In this document: one piece after another, positions 13,071-23,749 of the stretch
How the letters are laid out: the number at the start of each line of letters is the position of its first letter
Position numbering within the stretch: the stretch's first letter is position 1
DNA from: Macrostomum lignano
Lineage: Eukaryota
DNA length: 64,000 nucleotides
Assembly (NCBI GenBank): GCA_002269645.1
Contig: NIVC01001082.1
Coordinates: forward strand, 62,001-126,000
Reading direction: 5' to 3'
Made by a program: the position numbers and the translations under genes
Notes under the pieces: model-generated
The model's database searches: none
What the model was told of the DNA's origin: nothing
What the model saw: only the letters and a program-made list of their open reading frames with translations

Positions 13071-13298
13071 ATGGCTAACCTGTGCCCCGGCCTGCTCTGG
13101 GCCTTCATCTGGTTTCTCATCCTCATCTTCCTGGCCTGGCCGATCGCATTCCTAATCGCCTGGCTGTACGTACTGCTGCTGCCGTTCTCCGTGTGCATCA
13201 GCGCGCTGCAGTCGGTCTGCGAATCAATTTTAGGCATTCTTAAATTGTGCGTCACCTGCACGGAGAATATGATGGGCATGAAGCCGCTATTCGGTTGA
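13071..13298 (+). CDS. 75-aa hydrophobic, Cys-rich microprotein (paralog B), function unknown
   Basis: Colinear with paralog A with no indels; upstream acceptor TTTTTAG at ~13052; downstream AATAAA at ~13339. Confidence 0.85.
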   Translation: MANLCPGLLWAFIWFLILIFLAWPIAFLIAWLYVLLLPFSVCISALQSVCESILGILKLCVTCTENMMGMKPLFG

Positions 13299-14269
13299 AA
13301 CTGCAATGATGATTGCAGAACAACTTGAAACTGTGCGCAATAAATCAGTTAAATCAACAAGCATGATTACAAATAAACATATTCAATTGTTTTATATTAG
13401 CCATTAGCAAACCTAGCAGACAAAACAATATATACAACAAAACTTAGCCTTTGTTATATTGCACAATTTTTGTAATCTGTTAAATAAAACTTAATCTGCA
13501 TGGCTGCATGGTTAAACTTTTAGTCAAAGCAAAGTGTCACACGCTGATTAAAACAAATGTAAGGCTCACTTGTATATACGTGGACAGGGATGTCTTCAGA
13601 TACTAAAATAACTAGATGGGCCACTCAGGCATATTCACTCTGTAAAACAGCTTTCTACTTTCAGTTCAGTAGCAAAGAAGAATATATAAGCTATTTTATA
13701 AAAATAAAGGCAGCTGAAATTACTTTGATAAGTTTAGAAGCCCAAGCTTGCAGGCGTAAACAGCTTGCTAATTGGTTCAGCAATAATGTACATTAGCCAG
13801 TCCACTGAAATGTACATGGCCGCTTTAGGCTGGAACTCCGAGAAAGGCAATAAAAATTGGGGCAGGGCGGGGAGTAGTGTGAAAGGCGCGGTTGGAAGGT
13901 TTAAGCTGGAATCTGGGAGTAAGAACCAATACATGCTTGGCTTTAAAAATAGATTAAAATGCTTCTGTTTAACTTACTACTGAACTGAAAATAGTTTGCA
14001 CGCAAATGTGCTGAGTGGGCCATGCAGGGATGCAGGGATGACAGGTATTTTTGCACTGGAGGAACTGGAGGAAGTTTCAGTTTCTCGCAAATTTTTTGGA
14101 CGCATTTTGATGCAAGCGTTCTGTACTGTCTGAACTTGATGCCGTGAATTATACAGAATATAATTCAAAAAAGCATATTTTTTCACCTAGATCTGATGCT
14201 TTCTGCTGCATCAAAGCGTAGGGAATGTTTACGGGCTTCCAATCCAGTAGAGTTTATAATAAGAAGTCT

Positions 14270-17172
14270 ATTTGTGCTTTTGGCTTTAGCCTTTAGCAAT
14301 TGTCAGTCTAGCGGTCTGTTGACCTCTGACGCGTCTATCATTTATTTTATAACTCAATAGCATGGTTCAATTCATCAACGCAGTCGCGTAACAAAAATCT
14401 CTATGGCAAAGCCATCAACCCACAACACCCTCCCTCTTCTATACTGTTTGTCTGTTTGTCTGGCGCGAATATGTATGTGAGGGGCCGGTGATCAGTTATC
14501 AGTGTGAACCTCCGGCCATACAAGAACCGATGGCATCTTTGAATGCACCAAACCAGTGCCAGGCCTTCACGCTCTATTTGCGAATATTTTTGTTTCGGCG
14601 TCAGACAGAGTCTTGCTCATGTACAGCACGACTTGACCGCTTTGTGTCAACACTCCGCCCAGAGCTCGCTGAGAACTGTCGCATTCCAGTTCAATGGGCT
14701 TCTCCGGATCAAATATTTGAAGACTCGATTGATCAGAGAGAGTGACCTTGATTTCGTCAAATGCTATTTGACACTCCTTTGTCCACACGAAGTCCTCATT
14801 TTTCTTTCTAAGTCGATTGAGAGGCTTGGTCAGTGCAGCTAGGTTTCTGATGAACTTGACGCTAAAATTTACGAGACCCAGGAAAGATTCAAGCTCGCCA
14901 ACGTTCTGCGGTGGTGTCATGTCCTGGATTGCCTTCACTTTGGCTGGGTCCCGCTTGAGCTGATCTCCTTCCAATAAGTAGCCTAGAAACTTGATCGAAG
15001 TCTTGCGGAATTCACTTTTCGCCGTGTTGATCTTCAATCCTTGCTGGTTTAGTCGATGCAATACTTCCGTCTCACGAACTGCCAATTGTTCTACGCCTTT
15101 GCCGCATATCAATATGTCGTCTACGTAGGCAATGGCGCCAGGAATTCCTTGTAGGACTTGGCTAATGTACCGCTGGAAGATCGCAGGTGCTTTTTTCACT
15201 GCGAACGGAAGCTTGTTGAAAGCGAACATCCCAAATGGTGTTGACATTACTGTCAGCTCTTTGGAAGCTTCATCTAGTGGGATCTGGTGATAAGCTTTCT
15301 CTAGGTCCAGACGAGTGTATATCCGGCTGCCAGCAGCAGTTGCAATCACTTCGTCAGGTGCAGGCATCGGATATGAATCGTTGATAAGATGAGAATTGAT
15401 TGTCACCTTGTAGTCGACGCAAAGTCTGAGCTTTCCAGAAGGTTTTTTGACCACGACAATTGGTGAGGCCCATTCACTGAACTTGACGGGCTTGATGGTG
15501 TCTTCTTCAAGCAACCGATCGATTTCATCCTTGACTCCCTGTCTGAGTGCGAAGGGTAGCGGCCTGGGTTTGCAATGAATTGGAGTGGTTCCTTCCTTGA
15601 TCTTAAGAGTTACTGGTGGAAATTCGCATGACTGGGTTGCCGATGTGCAGCTGTTGTCTACAGCGTTTAGCGTGAAATTGAGCTTGTCTCGGCCAACCAG
15701 AACAAAGTTCCTCTGCGATTCCACAATGAAGAATGTGATTGGAATGAACTCGTCATTGTACTCCAACTCAGTGTCGTGTGTTCCAAAGACCTTCATCTGC
15801 GTATCAGCGTATGTTGTCAGAACAGTGTCTGTAGGTGTCAGCTTTGGACAACCCAATCGTTTCCAGATCGTTTTTGACATTACCGAAACTCCTGCCCCAG
15901 TATCGATTTGTGCGTTCACGCTAAGCATCGACCCGCTCGTGTGTCTGAGCCTAACAGGCACGGTGTAGCTATCAACGGGATGTCGAATGTGAAAACAATC
16001 CTCCTGTTCAGCTTCGCTTGCATCTACAAAGCTTGTGGTCCTTGGCCACACTGCAGCTCGCCTAAATTGACCAGATGCTGACGGGCTTTTGAACGATTTT
16101 CGGCCTTTGCCAAAACCAGTTGATTTCGTTTTGCAAACTGTTGCGAAGTGGTTTTGCATGCCACATTTGTTGCACGTTTTTCCTTTCGCAGGACACCCTC
16201 CATTGGAGCCATGCATTGTGCCACATCTGCCACACTTGGAGCTTGTAGAGTGGGAGCCTCTGGCCACCGATGCTGAAATTTTCATTACTTCAGAAGACTG
16301 CGGCTGACTGGTGCAACCCTTTAGTATTTGCGTTTGTGATAGGTTCTGGTGCGCCTCAGCGATGTTGATAGCTGTCTCAAACTTGAGGGTGCTGAAGTCC
16401 TGTTCCAATAACTTGCTGATGGCCACCTTGTCATTCAAACCGAATACGAGCTGATCTCTCAGTCTCTCATCTCTGGATAGGCCAAACTGACACTTGTCTG
16501 CCTGCATGCAGAGTTGCTGTGCATACTCACGAATGCTCATTGATGCCGTGCGAGTGATATGCTGGAAATTGAATCTCTCAGCCATGACGAACGTCTTTGG
16601 TTCCAGGATGCTGGCCAGTGGTTTGGTCAGTTCATCGAAGCTCTTTTCTCCCGGCTTCTTGGGAGCGGCTCGATCTGCCAATGCGTCGTACAGCTTGGTG
16701 CTGAGCTTCATCAGCAGCAGCTTGTTTTTCGTGTCGTCCTGCCAGCCGTTAATTTCGCTGCACAGTGTGAATCGGTCCAACCACCTCTGGAAGTTCGAAC
16801 TTTCATCGAGTTTTTCGATGTCAACTTGCTGTCGTCTCGATACTTGTGCGCTTGGGTTCTGCGCTGTCGCTGTTGCCGACTTTGTCGCTTGGACTGATTT
16901 CGACGAGATCGCAAGCGGTGGTGCTTTGTCGCTCGAAACCGTTTTACCAACTCCTTTAGTTGGCGATGCTGGCGTACTTCCAGGCATTTTCGTAGCCTAT
17001 GCTTGCGACGCCACTGTTGTGCTTTTGGCTTTAGCATTTGGCAAATGTCAGTCTAGCGGTCTGTTGACCTCTGACGCGTCTATCCTTTATTTTATAACTC
17101 AATAGCATGGTTCAATCCATCAACGCAGTCGCGTAACAAAAATCTCTATGGCAAAGCCATCAACCCACAACA
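14270..17172 (-). mobile_element. Ty3/Gypsy (Mag-like) LTR retrotransposon with internal deletion of integrase
   Basis: 158-bp LTRs (17172-17015 and 14427-14270), ~96% identical, with TGTTGTG...CACAACA termini on the 5' LTR. PBS GTGGCG follows the 5' LTR; PPT AGAAGAGGGAGGG (14440-14428) precedes the 3' LTR. No TSD found. Confidence 0.92.
14567..16987 (-). CDS. Gag-protease-RT-RNase H polyprotein (806 aa); RNase H broken by a 1-nt frameshift
   Basis: Two Cys/His knuckles (CGRCGTMHGSNGGC, CNKCGMQNHFATVC), protease DTGA, RT LCVDY / YVDDILI, RNase H ECDSS. The shifted frame continues YSQIEREGLALVW..RCHRFLYGRRFTLITDHRPL. Confidence 0.92.
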   Translation of the reverse strand: MPGSTPASPTKGVGKTVSSDKAPPLAISSKSVQATKSATATAQNPSAQVSRRQQVDIEKLDESSNFQRWLDRFTLCSEINGWQDDTKNKLLLMKLSTKLYDALADRAAPKKPGEKSFDELTKPLASILEPKTFVMAERFNFQHITRTASMSIREYAQQLCMQADKCQFGLSRDERLRDQLVFGLNDKVAISKLLEQDFSTLKFETAINIAEAHQNLSQTQILKGCTSQPQSSEVMKISASVARGSHSTSSKCGRCGTMHGSNGGCPAKGKTCNKCGMQNHFATVCKTKSTGFGKGRKSFKSPSASGQFRRAAVWPRTTSFVDASEAEQEDCFHIRHPVDSYTVPVRLRHTSGSMLSVNAQIDTGAGVSVMSKTIWKRLGCPKLTPTDTVLTTYADTQMKVFGTHDTELEYNDEFIPITFFIVESQRNFVLVGRDKLNFTLNAVDNSCTSATQSCEFPPVTLKIKEGTTPIHCKPRPLPFALRQGVKDEIDRLLEEDTIKPVKFSEWASPIVVVKKPSGKLRLCVDYKVTINSHLINDSYPMPAPDEVIATAAGSRIYTRLDLEKAYHQIPLDEASKELTVMSTPFGMFAFNKLPFAVKKAPAIFQRYISQVLQGIPGAIAYVDDILICGKGVEQLAVRETEVLHRLNQQGLKINTAKSEFRKTSIKFLGYLLEGDQLKRDPAKVKAIQDMTPPQNVGELESFLGLVNFSVKFIRNLAALTKPLNRLRKKNEDFVWTKECQIAFDEIKVTLSDQSSLQIFDPEKPIELECDSSQRALGGVLTQSGQVVLYMSKTLSDAETKIFANRA

Positions 17173-17738
17173 CCTGGCCAGAGTGGCCCATTCATTATAT
17201 TCAAAGAGTTTAACCATGAATACCAATGTCTAAACTGTGGCTTTTAAAATTATGCACTTGACTTATGAGCACTTGCTCAAACAAGTTGATAGAGGTTAGA
17301 TCAATAGATAATCTCTCAGCGTGTTAGGGGCGTGATGATGTGAGAGGGCTTGACTCCCTCGGTGTCAACAGCTTCCAGATATTTGCTATAGCAAAACACA
17401 CAAGCATCGAGAATTGCTTAGGCAAAGGAATCGCGTATCAAACACCCTCAGAAAGCCTCTCGATATGGCCCTTGGTCCTATGGGCACCACACTCGAATTG
17501 ATGGCCGAACAAGCTTAGTGATAGTTGGCACAGGTGCATTGAACTTGAAACGAATTCAACCGAGTTTGTAAAAGGCCTTCAACAGATAGGGGTGATTGTT
17601 TGATTTAAAAAAAAACTTGAGCCTCACTGTGTGAACAGCTGATATATCTGCAGTATATCTACCTATAAGCTAGCTAGATCTTGCTACATATTTGACTTTG
17701 AAGCCTATTCAGCCCACTGCTCCTGTCTAGGCTAAGCC

Positions 17739-18509
17739 ATGCCATGTCAAAGATTCCATCTATCGTACGTGATACTGATTGCTACGGCTCACCTATTCAT
17801 CTCGGGCGCTGCCATCGCTTGCCCGTCGGGCACCACTCGAATTGATGGCTCAACCAGGTCCTGGTGCGTCAGATGGTACGCCAACGGCGCCACCTTCTGC
17901 AACGCTGTGAAGACATGTCGCGCGAACGGCGAGGAAATGATCGACAAGGAGGTGTTCGACGCCATGAGGGCAGAAAGTTCGCTATTCGGCGACATGTTTT
18001 GGTGGGTCGGACTCACCGACGCTCTGAAGGAAATGGGCACCAGCAAGACTGGCTGGGTGTGGCTGAACACGCGTCAGGAGCTCACCGCTGCAGATGACTA
18101 CTTCTACTCTGCTGAGCCAAACGACAGAACACATCAGGACTGCGCTACGACCTACAAGAAGCTGAATCGGATCAGAGACGAGTCCTGCAGTGCCAAGCGT
18201 CCGTTCTACTGCTATCTGGAAGGGTTCAAGAAGCCATCGCCTTCGAGGCTGCAGTTCAAGCGGACTCATATTGCAAGCTACAGCCAGTTGGACCCCGGAT
18301 GTTGGTTGAAATGGACCGGAATCCGCGCCATATCAAAGTGCGCCTACTTATGTGTTAGCCAGGGATCATTGACGGACTGCATCGGATTCTACTGGCATCC
18401 CTGGAGGCTGGAGTGCTTCATCCTGCCCTACTTCGACGCCTCTGTGCCTCTTGGCTTCGACACTGATGAAGAGAAGCGGAAGTGGCGCAAGTACCTACGG
18501 GTTCTGTAG
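17739..18509 (+). CDS. Intronless secreted C-type lectin domain protein with a C-terminal PAN/apple-like Cys domain
   Basis: Hydrophobic N-terminal signal-like segment; CTLD hallmarks (FCNAVKTC, WVGLTD, WVW, EPND, DCAT, ESCSAKRPFYC); C-terminal KCAYLC...CIGFYW...EC pattern. Confidence 0.8.
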   Translation: MPCQRFHLSYVILIATAHLFISGAAIACPSGTTRIDGSTRSWCVRWYANGATFCNAVKTCRANGEEMIDKEVFDAMRAESSLFGDMFWWVGLTDALKEMGTSKTGWVWLNTRQELTAADDYFYSAEPNDRTHQDCATTYKKLNRIRDESCSAKRPFYCYLEGFKKPSPSRLQFKRTHIASYSQLDPGCWLKWTGIRAISKCAYLCVSQGSLTDCIGFYWHPWRLECFILPYFDASVPLGFDTDEEKRKWRKYLRVL

Positions 18510-19301
18510 GATACTCAAGGATAACTACAGAGGATACTACAGAAGACAACACCTGGAGAGTCAACTTCTCAACCGAAGCGATCAATACTGTACCCCACCG
18601 ATTAACTAGATCGACCGAATGAACTCTGTCCGATGTTTAAGACAACATTGTTACTGTTCCAACTGTCAGAAAGCTACATTTTAAACAATTACAATCAAAG
18701 GACTGCCCGGGTTACGCATACGATGATTGTTTGTACTACCTATTTTCTTTACTATCGTCTTGACAACCTTATCTGACACCGAAACCCCCCCCCCCCACGG
18801 GACAGTTGCTGACCACCTGAACTGCGGGTTGGGGGCGGAGCAACTCAACGGTAAACGCGTGATTCCCAGCAATGAGTGCCAGCCCCACCTCAAGGCACAG
18901 AGACTGTATTGACGTATATTTATTGCCATGTAATTGCTCCCTATAATTAAAAGCAGAAAATATAAAATCCAGTAAAAACAAGAAGTTGCAAGTTGGTGGT
19001 AATAAAAATAGCGCTATTAATTACATCAGAGTAAATATAAGCGAAGTAATGTGAATTGCACTGCACGTACATGTATATTTACATGCTGATCGAATAAACA
19101 AATAATGTTCATTTTCTGTTGCTTTAAAAGATAAAATAGCGTACAACATCCAATTGTACAGTTAATTGTTAAAAACGCAATCAAATAATTTTACGAGTAT
19201 TCAGCAACTACCCGGCTGCCAACTTGCAAATAATGGCACAAAATTATTTTAGAATATCTGCATAATTCTAAGTTTAGAACGTCAAGGGTAAGGGTCAGGG
19301 G

Positions 19302-19610
19302 GAACTGACACTAAAGGAACAGCAGGAACTGATACTGAAGGAACAGCGGGAACTGACACTGAAGGAAGAGTGGCAACTGACACTGAAGGAAGAGTGGCAA
19401 CTGACACTAAAGGAACAGCGGGAGCTGACACTGAAGGAAGAGTGGGAACTGACACTAAAGGAACAGCGGGAACTGACACTGAAGGAACAGCGGGAACTGA
19501 CACTAAAGGAACAGTGGGAGCTGACACTAAAGGAACAGCGGGAGCTGACACTAAAGGAACTGTGGGAGCTGACACTAGAGGAACAGCGGGACCTGACACT
19601 GAAGGAACAG
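19302..19610. repeat. 24-bp minisatellite (GGGAACTGACACTGAAGGAACAGC)n
   Basis: About 13 units, just downstream of the stop at 19645 of the minus-strand gene. Confidence 0.92.
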
Positions 19611-19644
19611 ACACTACGGAGCAGAACCGATGGCACTGACAGTC

Positions 19645-21086
19645 TCATTCGTCATCAGCGGCGCCAGCGCCAGCTGTTAGACACTCGCGCGCCTCGGCCA
19701 GCAGCTGCAGCAGCTCCGCTTTGGTCTCAGAGCTGAGTCTGGCGCCGCCGCCGCCTCCAACAGAGCTGCAGCCCAGAGCTCTGGCAAACTCAGCCAGCCG
19801 ATCAATCAGCACTTCATTGTCGGCAACGCATCGACGCAAATAGCGCAGCTCCGCTATGAGGCGCGCGCCGCGACTGCGCGCTTTCTCAAATAGGCGCAAC
19901 AGATTAGAGTAGAGCTGCTGCTTCTCCTCTCTGTAGCTGGTGTTGGGGTGGCGCTGGCAGGCGGCGGGTCAGCTGATTCAGCGGCGCGCTTAGCCGGAGG
20001 CGAATCCGACGCTGGCGGCGCCGGCGGTCGCTTCTTTGATGACGTCACCGACTGAACGTTCGCGATGGTTGGCTGTTGCAACAGCAACTGCTGCTGCTGC
20101 TGTTGTAATTGCAGTTGCTGCTGCAACAGAAGCATCTGCTGTTGCTGCTGCAGTCCCATAGGCGCTGCTGCTGCACCGGCTGTTGGTTGCAGGCCGCCTT
20201 GGGGAGCGATGAGCAAATTGACAGTGACGAGGCCTTGCGGAGTCTGGATCTGGGCCGGGATGGCGAAACTGGTCAGAGGCAGAGCGGCCGCAGAGGTGGA
20301 AGCGGCCGGGTTAGCGGCTAACAGCTGCGGACTGGACAGAACTGTCGGGGGTTCGAATTTTGTTACGCGAATCTCTTCGTCAGCAGCGGAGGCGGCATCG
20401 GCACCGAAGTTCTGCGGAGTGTACACGCATGACTTCTCAGATTAGAGATCAGAGGCTCATGTCAGTCTGTGCGGCAGTGAGTCAGTGAGTGAGTGAGTCA
20501 GTCAGTCAGTGGGTCAGCCAGTGGGTCAGCCAGTGGGTCAGTCAGTCAGTCAGTCAGTCAGTCAGTCAGTCAGTCAGTCAGTCAGTCAGTCAGTCAGTCA
20601 GTCAGTCAGTCAGTCAGTCAGTCAGTCAGTCAGTCAGTCAGTCAGTCAGTCAGTGGGACAGTCAGAACTCCACCTGATCAGTGAGTTACAGGTACTTACA
20701 GACTGACGCAGGCTGGAACCACCTGGCTCCTCTTCGTCATCGTCCGAGTCGCCTGTTCGGCGGCGGAGGGGTCGAGAGGTTGGTGACCCATTCGTTGGCG
20801 TCGGAGTTTGCTGTATCGACGAATTAGCTGACAGAGTACCTTCGGGATCGACATCGTCGAACGGTTTTCTATCGACACTGTTTTCATCGTCATCATTGCC
20901 GTTGTGCGGACTGTCAGCGTCGGCTGCTGAAGATTCTTGAAGCTCGCGAAATCTGTCAGCAACTAGATTTGACGGTTGCTGTTGCTGGGGGCTCAACTGA
21001 GGCGGGCCGTCTTGGCTGACGCTGTCTTCGTCTGATAGGGCCACGGGAACGTGCATGGCCGCGGCTGGAATTGTTTGAGGGCGATT
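19645..21086 (-). CDS. Low-complexity, Gln-rich coding exons with a C-terminal helical segment; possible 3' extension of the LIN54-like gene or a separate gene
   Basis: Exon 21086-20700 (donor GTAAGT, phase 0) joins exon 20411 onward (acceptor CCGCAG, phase 0). An apparent frameshift near 19930 is needed to reach EKQQLYSNLLRLFEKARSRG...DE-stop. Confidence 0.6.
20477..20653. repeat. (AGTC)n microsatellite, intronic
   Basis: Direct reading; lies between donor 20699 and acceptor 20412. Confidence 0.95.
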
Positions 21087-21990
21087 CTGCAGGGTGTTTA
21101 AGGGTGATTCTTCCAGGTGTTTAAGGAGGTTTCTATAGGTGTTTAGGGACGATTCTATAGGTGTTTAGGGACGATTCTATAGGTGTTTAGGGACGATTCT
21201 ATAGGTGTTTAAGGACGATTCTATAGGTGTTTAAGTGAGATTTTTCAGGGTGTTTAAGGGAGATTCTATAGGTTTTTAAGGACGATTCTATAGGTGTTTA
21301 AGTGAGATTTTTCAGGGTGTTTAAGGGAGATTCTATAGGTTTTTAAGGACGATTCTATTGGTGTTTAAGTGAGATTTTTCAGGGTGTTTAAGGGAGATTC
21401 TATAGGTTTTTAAGGACGATTCTATAGGTGTTTAAGTGAGATTTTTCAGGGTGTTTAAGGGAGATTCTATAGGTGTTTAAGGACGATTCTATTGGTGTTT
21501 AAGAACGATTCTATAGGTGTTAAAGGACGATTCTATAGGTGTTTAAGGACGATTCTATAGGTGTTTAAGTGAGATTTTTCAGGGTGTTTAAGGGAGATTC
21601 TCTAGGTGTTTAAGGACGATTCTATTGGTGTTTAAGGACGATTCTATAGGTGTTTAAGGACGATTCTATTGGTGTTTAAGAACGATTCTGCAGGGTGTTT
21701 GAGGGCGATTTTGCAGGGTGTTTAAGGGCGATTCTGCAGGGTGTTTAAGGGCGATTCTTTAGGTGTTTAAGGGCGATTCTGCAGGGTGTTTGAGGGCGAT
21801 TCTGCAGGGTGTTTGAGGGCAAAATTAAATAACCGGTGTCTAAGGGCGATTCTGCAGGGTGTTCAAGAGCGATTCTTCTGGCTGTTTAGGGGCGATTCTT
21901 CTGGCTGTTTAAGAGCGATTCTTCTGGCTGTTTAGGGGCGATTCTTCTGGCTGTTTAGGGGCGATTCTTCTGGCTGTTTAAGAGCGATTT
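21075..21990. repeat. ~22-bp compound minisatellite (GGGCGATTCTATAGGTGTTTAA and variants)
   Basis: Tandem units that drift in sequence along the array. Confidence 0.9.
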
Positions 21991-22604
21991 AGGAGCCATT
22001 CCTCAGGAAAAAAGAAACAATAAGACTGTCATCACAATTTGAAGCTTCATGACTAATTGAAAAACCCGAACAATTAAAACAGAATAATATATTTGTGATA
22101 CCCAGTTTTGATAAACAACTGTAAATAGCGACAGACAAGATACAACAGAGAGAATGTATTTAGCAAAATAAGTCACAGTAAATTATTAAAAAAGCACAAA
22201 AACTGGCAACTGGCTACTTAAACAGAATATTTAGATTATAGTAATATAGTATACAAGAAAGTGCACAATAACCGTAGCTAAAATTAGGTGCAATTAATGA
22301 CATAATTTTAAACTGATTCTTAGAAATATATACACCAAAAAATTGAAATTAGATGTTATTAATAGAAAAATAAGTTTTAGACACGCAAGTGAATGTTTAC
22401 ATGAGCTGCACTTTTCAGAAGGGCATTATACCATTATATAACCGGTTGATTTAGAGGTTTGGGGACGCTATCAACTACTGAATAGTAAGTAGTAAAGCGA
22501 CACAAAAGTATGTTATCAATCAACACAATCATTATTTTTATTATTATGGAAAGTTAGCAAACAAGAAATTCATGCATTTTGTGTAAGAACGCCAACTATT
22601 TGGA

Positions 22605-23555
22605 GGGTAAAATGGGAGATTTTAGGTAGGGTAATAAATGGAAGATATTAGGGAGGGTAATGAATGGGAGATTTTAGGGAGGGTAATAAATGGGAGATTT
22701 TAGGGAGGGTAATAAATGGGAGATTTTAGGGAAGGTAATAAATGGGAGATTTAGGGAGGGTAATAAATGGGAGATTTTAGGGAGGATAATAAATGGGAGA
22801 TTTTAGGGAGGATAATAAATTGGATTTTAGGGAGGGTAATAAATGGGAGATTTTAGGGAGGGTAATAAATGGGAGATTTTAGGGAGGATAATAAATTGGA
22901 TTTTAGGGAGGATAATAAATGGGAGATTTTAGGGAGGATAATAAATGGGAGATTTTAGGGAGGATAATAAATTGGATTTTAGGGAGGGTAATAAATGGGA
23001 GATTTTAGGGAGGGTAATAAATGGGAGATTTTAGGGAGGGTAATAAATGGGAGATTTTAGGGAGGATAATAAATGGGAGATTTTAGGGAGGATAATAAAT
23101 GGGAGATTTAGGGAGGATAATAAATGGGAGATTTTAGGGAGGATAATAAATTGGATTTTAGGGAGGATAATAAATTGGATTTTAGGGAGGGTAATAAATG
23201 GGAAATTTTAGGTAGGGTAATAAATGGAAGATATTAGGGAGGATAATAAATGGGAGATTTTAGGGAGGATAATAAATGGGAGATTTTAGGGAGGATAATA
23301 AATGGGAGATTTTAGGGAGGGTAATAAATTGGAGATTTTAGGGAAGGTAAATTGGGAGATTTTATGGTGGGTAATAAATGGGAGATTTTATGGTGGGTAA
23401 TAAATGGGAGATTTTATGGTGGGTAATAAATGGGAGATTTTAGGTAAGGTGAAATGGGAGATTTTAGAGCGGGTAAAATGGGGGATTTTAGGGAGGGTAA
23501 ATGGGAGATTTTAGGCAGGGTAAATAGGTAAATAGGAGATTTTATGGAGAGAAAA
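22605..23555. repeat. ~22-25-bp minisatellite (GGGAGATTTTAGGGAGGGTAATAAAT)n
   Basis: About 38 tandem units. Confidence 0.92.
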
Positions 23556-23749
23556 AAAGCATTTTTAGGAAGAGTAAAGATTGAAAATAGTGATGATTTT
23601 ACATTAGAAAAAACTTGCATGTTGTAATAAGCAAAAATGTCAATGAACAATACATTGAATGATACGAATTTTAAACATAAAGACAGCTTACATAAAGTGA
23701 AAAAAACTGTTATTTTGACAGTCCTAGCTGGTTATTAAAGCAGAGCAAA

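Noticed and set aside
14260-17180. Target-site duplication for the Gypsy element
   Set aside because: Flanks AGTCT/AAGTC and CCTGG do not match.
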